Origin: Thermodesulfobacteriota bacterium
Lineage (GTDB): Bacteria > Desulfobacterota > Desulfobacteria > Desulfobacterales > JAUWMJ01
Length of the DNA: 64,000 nt
NCBI GenBank assembly: GCA_034189135.1
Contig: JAXHVO010000128.1
Location: 16,251-80,250 of the forward strand
Reading direction: 5' to 3'
Part shown: piece after piece, positions 56,815 through 64,000 of the stretch
Layout of the letters: each line of letters opens with the position of its first letter
Position numbering within the stretch: position 1 is the first letter of the stretch
Notes under the pieces: model-generated
Told to the model about the DNA's origin: nothing
What the model saw: the letters and a program-made list of their open reading frames with translations, nothing else
The model's database searches: none
Made by a program: the position numbers and the translations under genes

Positions 56815-57627
56815 TCAAAAATCGATTATGCCGGCGTCTATACGGTTGGGTATGGCTGCCAATAACCGGGTGCTATTGTCATCTGCTGGAAAATTGTCAC
56901 AGCTGTTATCATCCGTTACTTTGACAATATTTTGATTAAAAAGCAAGTGCTGTTTTGCCGGCCAGGCAGGTTTATCGGATGAGCCAACCATATAAGGATC
57001 GGGTTGTATCTTACTGGAAAAAAAGTTTTCCGGCCATGTGTTGGATTTGGTTGCAAACGAAAAATAGGGGGTTGGTGACGGCATGTCCATTTTTAATAAA
57101 TTATAGGAGCTGATTAAATAAAATGCCCCCAGCTCGAGGTCTCCATTGCCGCCGCCTTTTTCAATCAGTTCAAAATCGCTGCCCATGTCATGGTTTCTTC
57201 CGTTATAAGAGCAGACTTGAAAGGCATTCATCCCCACCCAGCCTTTGGTGAAATCAGAGCGCCTGGTTTGGTCAAAAGTGGTAAGAACGGCACCAATGAA
57301 TGTTTGCAGCGCAAAACCGGCCCTGCCGAAATTCCGGTACTGGCTGTCTGACAAAGTATCGGAAGTGTGTATGGCAAGTCCGGAAGATGCTGAAGATTGC
57401 AAGTCCCAGTCCTTTCCCTGAGACTGAAGGTACAGGGCATGACCCAGCTCATGGACCAGGACCGAAGCCACGGCACCGGCGGTGACTTGCAGCCAGTTGC
57501 TTTGCTGAAAAGATTTGAGATTGATGCCAAAAAAATAAAACTCATAATCACTTTGGGCGGTGGCATTAACGGTAACTGTAAATATTATCCCTGCTATGAG
57601 GAATAGGGCGATCATGTTTTTTTTCAT
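56815..57627 (-). CDS. Secreted hypothetical protein with HExxH zinc-metalloprotease motif
   Basis: It has a signal peptide and VLVHELGHAL. No further family was recognised. It ends in Phe. Confidence 0.45.
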   Translation of the reverse strand: MKKNMIALFLIAGIIFTVTVNATAQSDYEFYFFGINLKSFQQSNWLQVTAGAVASVLVHELGHALYLQSQGKDWDLQSSASSGLAIHTSDTLSDSQYRNFGRAGFALQTFIGAVLTTFDQTRRSDFTKGWVGMNAFQVCSYNGRNHDMGSDFELIEKGGGNGDLELGAFYLISSYNLLKMDMPSPTPYFSFATKSNTWPENFFSSKIQPDPYMVGSSDKPAWPAKQHLLFNQNIVKVTDDNSCDNFPADDNSTRLLAAIPNRIDAGIIDF

Positions 57628-57904
57628 TATCTTTACCTATGCGTTTAAACCGGTTGACATGAAACAGGAGCCAGACGGCTTTCATATCTCGACAGCGAGA
57701 CATCAAGTTTTGATTGCTGCTTTCATATTCAACTATCGGCATTTCATGAAAAAACTTTACCGATTTCTGGATGAACTAAAGCCGGGTATTTTTGAGTTTC
57801 CATAGACAGGTTGGCTTAGGTAGGTGGGAAAACCGGAATGCCGGAAGAATTTGGAGACAGGTTCAACCGTTATTTTAAACAAGCTAAAAAAAGCGAAATG
57901 ATCA

Positions 57905-59584
57905 TTATTTTTGAAGGGAAGATATCATTTTTCTTTGGGGCAATGTCTTTCGAGCCATCTCCACAGCGCGGTTTTCATTAACAATTCCGCCATATTTTAG
58001 TTTCGATTTCAGATGCTCATTTTTATCCACTGAAATTGCTATAATATCAATTATATCAACGGGATTTAGCCAAGGGTTTATAAAGCTGATTTTGGCTGCA
58101 ATACGGGTGACCACCGGGGTTGCCTGTGATGCTCCCGTTTTTGCGCCCAGCCCGGCTTCCGGTTCCAGGGAGATGATATTTTCTCCTTTGGCTGCCACGT
58201 CCACAGAAGTTTTCCCATAGCCGGAAAAAGCGGAAAGTTTGCCGTTGTCGTCCACCGAGGCGACCACCAGCATGTTGGGATGGTTTAGTGCGGCCAGGGA
58301 AGTGGTTTGATCGATATCCAAAGGTTGATTTCCCGCTGCAACCACAAAAAGCATATCCGGATGGTTTTGGATGGCCTTATCCAGGTATTTGTATTCTTCT
58401 TTATCGTCAAAGGTGACACTTATATTGACAATGCGCGATCCTTTTTGATGGGCAAACTCGATGGCATCATAATCCTTTTTTGCGTTTTTCACCGGACGAC
58501 GGACCGGAAGAATGGCGATGTCATCCGAGCCCTGGGTGACAATGCCCGCCACATGGGTTCCGTGATTCACCGACCCTAAAATACCCTGCTCAACATTATC
58601 ATAATCATACGGCTGGTTGTCGTCTTCCTCAAAATCCCAGCCGATTGAAATATCCTGTAACATAGTTATGTGCTCAGCTATTTTTTTATTCAAAAGTGAA
58701 ATTTTTTCAGTATGTTCTGAAATAGCTGACTTTTTTTTGAGCGCCTCTCTTTCCGCGGTGAGTCTGGCAATAAGGTCTTTTGCTTTTTGCATGGCAGGCC
58801 CCAATACATACATGTCAATTCTTGAAGGGCGGGGGATTTTATAAGCGATTTGAGGATGATTATAATCGACCCCGGAGTCTAAAATCGTCACCAGGGTTCT
58901 TTCTGAACGTCTGGCAACTTTAAGGATTTCGTTAACCGGGATTTGATTGCATTTGCATGAGGTATATATTTCTTCTAAAGGCATAACCCGGCGGTTGGCA
59001 TAAACGGTCTTTATAAGATGACCCTTTTGATCGAAGGATTTTTGCCTCCACAGCAAATTCTGCTGGTTATATTCCCAGGTTTTTGCCCTGATCAAGTGGT
59101 GATGATCATCCAGCCATGCCTGGAAGAATATTATTTCTTCATTATTATAAGCCTGGATATATGTCCCGCCAGGGGTATTATGCTCAGTGTAGAAGGTTTC
59201 TATCTTCATCATTGATGGAAAAGATTCTGTAAATCCAATGGTTAATCTTTCCCAGTAACTGCCGTCAATTTCGGTATCATGTTTATAAAAGTCGATGTGT
59301 TTGACTTTTTTCCCGGTAATTTTTTCTATCCATGCTTTGGTTTTTTGTTTGTTTTTATGTGCCTTGGTTTGATGATGCAAAATCTTTTGACTCAGGTTGT
59401 AGTATTTGAACCACCCGGCGGAATTTTTCTTAAGGTTTTCTTCAGGACTGCCTTTCCAATGCATGACATCCGGCAAATAGGGGTGCGGTTTGCATGTATA
59501 ACAAAAAGAAGAGTTCAACAAAAAGAAGGAAAAAAGTACCATTAATGGTAATGCTGTATTTAAACGGATTGCTGTATTTTCCAT
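57905..59584 (-). CDS. Subtilisin-like serine protease (peptidase S8) with an unusually long Asp-His spacing
   Basis: The catalytic residues are in ILDSGVDYNHP (Asp), NHGTHVAGIV (His), VVAAGNQ (Asn) and GASQATPVV (Ser). It has a signal peptide, and the start is set at ATG 59584. Confidence 0.8.
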   Translation of the reverse strand: MENTAIRLNTALPLMVLFSFFLLNSSFCYTCKPHPYLPDVMHWKGSPEENLKKNSAGWFKYYNLSQKILHHQTKAHKNKQKTKAWIEKITGKKVKHIDFYKHDTEIDGSYWERLTIGFTESFPSMMKIETFYTEHNTPGGTYIQAYNNEEIIFFQAWLDDHHHLIRAKTWEYNQQNLLWRQKSFDQKGHLIKTVYANRRVMPLEEIYTSCKCNQIPVNEILKVARRSERTLVTILDSGVDYNHPQIAYKIPRPSRIDMYVLGPAMQKAKDLIARLTAEREALKKKSAISEHTEKISLLNKKIAEHITMLQDISIGWDFEEDDNQPYDYDNVEQGILGSVNHGTHVAGIVTQGSDDIAILPVRRPVKNAKKDYDAIEFAHQKGSRIVNISVTFDDKEEYKYLDKAIQNHPDMLFVVAAGNQPLDIDQTTSLAALNHPNMLVVASVDDNGKLSAFSGYGKTSVDVAAKGENIISLEPEAGLGAKTGASQATPVVTRIAAKISFINPWLNPVDIIDIIAISVDKNEHLKSKLKYGGIVNENRAVEMARKTLPQRKMISSLQK

Positions 59585-59918
59585 GGGCAAATATCAAATT
59601 TTTACCGCTTTTCATAAATAAGTTCTGAAATATGAAATGGCGGTAAATGGGGCGGCAAAAAATCGTTCACCTAACGGAACGGTTTTTGGAAAACCACCAT
59701 AGAGACGTTATGGTCCTTTGCGCCCGGTTTTTTTATAAGGCATCCCTGTTTGTGACGGTTTTAAATTTATATTTCTTTTTGGTTAATATCGGCCAGTTTA
59801 ATAAAAACATGAGGGATAATTGATGGGTCGGGGATTTTTTAATTGTCGCTTTGACCGTATCGCTTTAACGGGTTGAGAAATATAGGGTGTGAAACGCGGG
59901 TTGTCAGAGGGGTGGTCT

Positions 59919-59956
59919 AAAAAATAAGAGCGGGAAACCAGTCCCGCTCTTTTTTA
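59919..59956 (-). terminator. Rho-independent terminator downstream of the giant protease gene
   Basis: The stem is agagcggga (59927-59935) / tcccgctct (59942-59950) with a 6-nt loop. On the minus strand it is followed by tattttttag, and an A-run on the other side makes it potentially bidirectional. Confidence 0.7.
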
Positions 59957-59994
59957 AAGTTGTGAGCTTACGTGTTTTGCAAACAAAGTCTCAC

Positions 59995-62900
59995 TTACAA
60001 ACCAAAAGTTGATGTGGAAATAAAGCAGCCGCCACCACTACTTCCTCCACCGCCGCCACCGCCTCCTGAGGGTGGGCTTGAACTTGCAAATCCGGCTTGG
60101 GCGCCGGAAAAATGGTAGACCTGTATTTCGATAGCTGATGGACTTCCATTATTATGATCGACCCGGGAACCCGGGACCATCCAGCCTTCACCACCGGGTA
60201 GAACATCGCCGTTGGCATTGCAGGCCATTACCCAGTCTTCACCGTTGTAGTAGTAAACACTGAGACTGCTCACATCAGTATAGCCGGGGCAGGGGATAAA
60301 CAGTCTCACAGGGGTATCGAACACGGTGGGCGGCTGGAGGTTCATGGGTACGGCCACAGAATTTGTGCCTGACAAATTAATGGCCGGGATCTCATCTAAA
60401 GGCCCGAAATAGGGGTCTACCGGCTCGCCGCTATCATAAAGGATCGTTGCACCTTCAAGATCTCCGCTGTCCACTTGGGTGCCTGCATCACGATCCGGAT
60501 CCATTGGGTCAGAAGTAGCACTAGTGACCGGCAGGTTGGCCGGATCATGGGCTTCATTATGCTCAGTTAAAGTTTCGATATTAAAATTATAGTTGGCCGT
60601 GGTCATCGAAATCGCGTTTATGTCAGTGGCGTCAACTGTAATATTGACATCTGTATTCCAAGCGTAATCGCCAAAACCATCCAGAGACCTGTCATAAACC
60701 GCCCAGAGTGATGTGGCTTGGGTTGGGTCTCCTGAAAGAATAATCGTTCTGACAAAAGCGGAGCCAAGGTTTCTTGGATATTGAGGATTAATACCATCAG
60801 TAATATTAAAAATAATACTTGCCGTATCAGTCAGGTCGATTCCCTGAGCAGAACGGATCATAACGGCAAATGAACAATTATTCGGTACCCGTGTGGTGCT
60901 GGGGGCTATTCCGGCATTGTTCTGAGGCGTAGAGTCTGTTATGGCAACAGGAATTGAATTGGCATTACTGGGGTCTGTGCGACTTACATATTCCTCGTAG
61001 TTGGTGTAGCCGTCGCTGTCTAAATCACCTGTACGGTCATCAACCGTGGTGTTTAATCCGTATTCGGTTTCCCAGTCATCAGCCATACTGTCGTTCTCAT
61101 TATCATTGATCCGTATAGGAGAATTGTCAACAGGGTTTCCTGCAAGGTCGGTGATACTGGCAGTTACGGTCAATGTATAGATCTCATATTCCGGAATCGG
61201 CGCCATGGATAAACGATAGGTACTTCCGCCTAGATGGGTTATATCATCATCCGTCGGACTGGAAGTGGCAAAATCAACGGAAGGACTGAAAGAATAATTG
61301 GTTTCTGCGGTGGCATTTTGCATGCCGGGTTCGTCATAGGCAACATCTATGGTGTTATTATTAAAATCAATACTGGGATATTCCACTATCGAGGGATTGT
61401 CGGTATCGGGGGCCTGTCCGCTAATTACCAAGGCGTAAGGTTGAGGGCCGTTGGGGACGTTATACCCGCTAACCCTTATGGTATATGTTCCGGCAGTCGC
61501 ACTGCCTATGGTTAATCCTAAAACATTATTGACCCGGTCAAAGGAGGTTGAATGATCCGTTCCCCTGATATTGGCTCTTATGTATGTCATGTATCCGGTA
61601 TCTACAGCCCAACCTGACCCGGGATCATGATAACTCCTTCCTGTGGAATCAGGGTAATCTTGCAAAAGCATTTGGCTCAAGTCATTTTTCTCTATGGCGA
61701 TATAGAACTCTCCGCTGGTTACCATAACCCCTGTAATTCCAACTGTGATCCAGCCGGTCGGAACATAGGTTAAAGTTTTTCTAAAAAGTTCTGTTCCCGG
61801 CAGTCCGCCTGTTCCATTATCATCATAGACAACAACATCTACATCTGTAGACGTAGACGATGGGTTTAAAAAATAGAATGATGTTGATTCTATATTGGCT
61901 GGATATGCTGAGGGCAGGAATTTCACAGCAAGCCTATTATTATTGTAAGTATATTCATGATTACCGTCATCATAAGCAATTTGGCTAACCGTCGATTTCT
62001 GAGAGGCATTATCCGGGTAATGCACAGACATGGATGGATCTGTTACCTGTAAATCCAGATCGTTTACCAGCCCTCCTTGGGCAGTTGGTGAGCCCGGATA
62101 GTCTGTCCACACCAGATTGACTTTTATCGGAGACCCGGCGGCTGAAACGTCAACTGTATAATCATTATATCCACCTGTACTTAAACCGGTTGTTTCGTCA
62201 TAATACAGGATATTAAAAGGAGACGAAGGATAGACTCCGTTTTCAATATTCAATCTTCCCCATCCTTCAACATTATTGGGCACCGGCGCAGCCGGGATTT
62301 CCCGGTAAATACCCGTTCCGTATTGTCCGGGAGAGATGTCTTCCGCACTGTTTAACAGGGCGGCTTTTATCAAGGCGGCAGAAGGGGTTGTATAACCCTG
62401 CACTTTGATTAGATACTCTCTCATCAGGGCTGATGCCCCTGCTGTAAGTGGGGTGGACATAGATGTTCCGCCCATCCATGTATAATAAGTATTATAAGCT
62501 CCCCATCCTGTTTGTGAAGTCGCTGATGACTTTGTAGATAATATGTTGGTGCCGGGCGCCACTAAATCCGGTTTATATCTTCCATCGATAACCGGTCCCC
62601 TTGAGCTGAAGGCCGCCATTCCAAGTGGGTCATCTGAGACATGATCGGAATTAATAGGATCAGCTGAATACTTGACAGCCCAAGAACCGGTTCCCCATGG
62701 AGTGTCGTAACCGGCACCGCTGGGTCTGTTTCCTTCCGATGCGCCGACAGTCAGGCAGTTTTTAGCTGTTGCCGGAGCACCGAGGGTGTTCAGATCAATC
62801 ACTCCGTCTCCGTCCATATCAATTCCCTCGTTGCCTGCTGCAAAGAGGATGAGAAAGTCTTTATGGTCCCATGTATATTCGTCTACATCCTGTGAGTACG

Positions 62901-64000
62901 ATGTATACATCCCAGCGGCACCTGAGCCCCAGCTGTTGGTATGCAGGTCCGCACCTGCGCTGTCGGACTGACTGAAAAGAGTATTCAGGTCGGATGGCAA
63001 ACCCACCAGCGATCCTGAATCATTTCCTGTGGCCTGAAAAACAAGATTGGCCTTAGGCGCAATGCCTGCAAAGCAAGTTGGTGGAAAGGAATTTGAGGAC
63101 GGATTGCTTCCGGAGTGTATCCCATTTCCCAGCACGGATCCCGCCACATGGGTTCCGTGCCCGGTATACGAATCCTGTGCGCCGTCTCCTGAAAGGTCAA
63201 TGAGTTGAGTCACCCTTGTGCCACCAGCCCCATCTTCAAAATCGTCATGGAGGTTGGCAGGATTTGCCGATCCTTGATCCAGACCGCTGTCGCATACACC
63301 CACTGTCTGTCCTTCACCGTATAACCCATAGCTATCACGGGGGGTTCTGACGGTCATGATATCGGTCGATACATTGTTGAACAGCTTCCATTCAGGTACA
63401 GGCTCAACCCATTTAATACCTTGAATGAAAGGCAGATCTGAAATCCTGTTAACCGGCGCTTTGATTTTTAGGGTGGTTTTCCATTTGGTGGTAACGGTAT
63501 CCAAAATCGTGCCCCCGAGAGCGGCGACCTGAGAATTGATTTTGCTTAGATCTTCACCGGGAAATACGGTAATGCGAAGTATCTCGTAGGAAATTTCACC
63601 CGCTTCCTGCTCTTGTTGCACCGTGAATGTTTTATTAAGGGCACCCTGACTGATTCTGTAAGAGGGTTGATATATTCCGAGCCAGCGGACGTGTGGAAGA
63701 GCTCGAACCGTTTGTTCCAGCTGTGAGTCCATCCTTATGATAAATGCGAATTCGGGTATATAATCGAAGAGTTCCGCACCGGTATCTTTTAGCGCTTCTT
63801 TCCATGAGTTATGGATGGGTCCGTCAAATTGTACGATATAATATCCGGTTTTACCCTCTTCATAAGCTTGGATGTGATTGATTCCTGCTTTCTGTTCGGG
63901 AAGCCTTGTTAAAGGATCAAAATGCGTGCGCCCCAGTCTTATTAAGATGGATTTGCTTTGAACAGATTCATTCTGACAGGATGTTTCATCTCCACCTGAG
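59995..64000 (-). CDS. Giant secreted subtilisin-like protease (S8), 5' end outside window
   Basis: The frame stays open from 63733 to the window end and encodes a propeptide-like segment (...YYIVQFDGPIHNSWKEALKDTGAELFDYIPEFAFIIRMDSQ...). The catalytic triad is VGVCDSGLD, GHGTHVAGSV and GGTSMSTPLTAG. The C-terminal roughly 800 aa are beta-rich, with a TSP3-like Ca-binding motif (DLDSDGYTNYEEY) and a tail ...GGGGGGGGSSGGGCFISTSTFGL. Confidence 0.85.
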   Translation of the reverse strand, partial: SGGDETSCQNESVQSKSILIRLGRTHFDPLTRLPEQKAGINHIQAYEEGKTGYYIVQFDGPIHNSWKEALKDTGAELFDYIPEFAFIIRMDSQLEQTVRALPHVRWLGIYQPSYRISQGALNKTFTVQQEQEAGEISYEILRITVFPGEDLSKINSQVAALGGTILDTVTTKWKTTLKIKAPVNRISDLPFIQGIKWVEPVPEWKLFNNVSTDIMTVRTPRDSYGLYGEGQTVGVCDSGLDQGSANPANLHDDFEDGAGGTRVTQLIDLSGDGAQDSYTGHGTHVAGSVLGNGIHSGSNPSSNSFPPTCFAGIAPKANLVFQATGNDSGSLVGLPSDLNTLFSQSDSAGADLHTNSWGSGAAGMYTSYSQDVDEYTWDHKDFLILFAAGNEGIDMDGDGVIDLNTLGAPATAKNCLTVGASEGNRPSGAGYDTPWGTGSWAVKYSADPINSDHVSDDPLGMAAFSSRGPVIDGRYKPDLVAPGTNILSTKSSATSQTGWGAYNTYYTWMGGTSMSTPLTAGASALMREYLIKVQGYTTPSAALIKAALLNSAEDISPGQYGTGIYREIPAAPVPNNVEGWGRLNIENGVYPSSPFNILYYDETTGLSTGGYNDYTVDVSAAGSPIKVNLVWTDYPGSPTAQGGLVNDLDLQVTDPSMSVHYPDNASQKSTVSQIAYDDGNHEYTYNNNRLAVKFLPSAYPANIESTSFYFLNPSSTSTDVDVVVYDDNGTGGLPGTELFRKTLTYVPTGWITVGITGVMVTSGEFYIAIEKNDLSQMLLQDYPDSTGRSYHDPGSGWAVDTGYMTYIRANIRGTDHSTSFDRVNNVLGLTIGSATAGTYTIRVSGYNVPNGPQPYALVISGQAPDTDNPSIVEYPSIDFNNNTIDVAYDEPGMQNATAETNYSFSPSVDFATSSPTDDDITHLGGSTYRLSMAPIPEYEIYTLTVTASITDLAGNPVDNSPIRINDNENDSMADDWETEYGLNTTVDDRTGDLDSDGYTNYEEYVSRTDPSNANSIPVAITDSTPQNNAGIAPSTTRVPNNCSFAVMIRSAQGIDLTDTASIIFNITDGINPQYPRNLGSAFVRTIILSGDPTQATSLWAVYDRSLDGFGDYAWNTDVNITVDATDINAISMTTANYNFNIETLTEHNEAHDPANLPVTSATSDPMDPDRDAGTQVDSGDLEGATILYDSGEPVDPYFGPLDEIPAINLSGTNSVAVPMNLQPPTVFDTPVRLFIPCPGYTDVSSLSVYYYNGEDWVMACNANGDVLPGGEGWMVPGSRVDHNNGSPSAIEIQVYHFSGAQAGFASSSPPSGGGGGGGGSSGGGCFISTSTFGL

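Noticed and set aside
57560-57805. An 81-aa plus-strand ORF spanning the HExxH gene start and the downstream gap.
   Set aside because: Half of it is antisense to a signal peptide. It has no Shine-Dalgarno sequence and no family resemblance, so it is treated as non-coding promoter region.

Overview
This is a 64-kb chromosomal segment with about 57 protein-coding genes. I recognised no rRNA, tRNA, CRISPR array, transposase or integrase. All family names come from reading the translated ORFs and recalling motifs from memory; no searches were run. The gene repertoire (fused isobutyryl-CoA mutase IcmF, archaeal-type ADP-forming acyl-CoA synthetases, HD-GYP, PgpH) and roughly 43-47% GC in hand-counted housekeeping lines suggest a Desulfobacterota-like deltaproteobacterium, but that is inference only. 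Gene blocks by position: (1) 0-7.3 kb: an AMP-forming acyl-CoA ligase convergent with a MarR-MFS-ADP-forming acyl-CoA synthetase operon (two alpha subunits, one beta). (2) 7.5-11.4 kb: an envelope/lipid cluster with a CsgG/FlgO-like protein, a patatin, a beta-barrel OMP, a small membrane protein and a degenerate crotonase. (3) 11.4-18.1 kb: a GC-rich TetR plus tripartite RND efflux island. (4) 18.8-25.3 kb: TetR-IcmF-thiolase-Hbd. (5) 25.5-31.9 kb: rhomboid-TPR, SixA-like, DHH, FabH, a GH13 sugar phosphorylase and IHF. (6) 32-33.5 kb: a very AT-rich islet of small ORFs, including a SeqA-N-like protein. (7) 33.7-44.9 kb: housekeeping genes (lysC-tsaE-nnr, pdxJ, ybeY-pgpH-phoH, cvpA-mazG-hisHF). 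(8) 45-45.8 kb: an orphan pair of small genes with a sigma-28 promoter. (9) 46.2-48 kb: nudix-fba. (10) 48.1-50.5 kb: an AT-rich minus-strand operon ending in a 404-aa protein whose core resembles a degenerate RelA/SpoT (alarmone synthetase) fold, preceded by an overlapping 74-aa ORF. (11) 50.8-56.8 kb: GAF-HD-GYP, an LpoA-like lipoprotein, pfk and kpsF. (12) 56.8-64 kb: a secreted protease cluster. I did not find a complete, clear-cut novel system. The best candidates for follow-up are the AT-rich RelA/SpoT-like module, a set of related low-complexity inverted-repeat elements that occupy at least seven intergenic gaps (one nested, one enclosing a 145-bp structured core), and the Gly-rich/Cys C-terminal tail of the giant subtilase.
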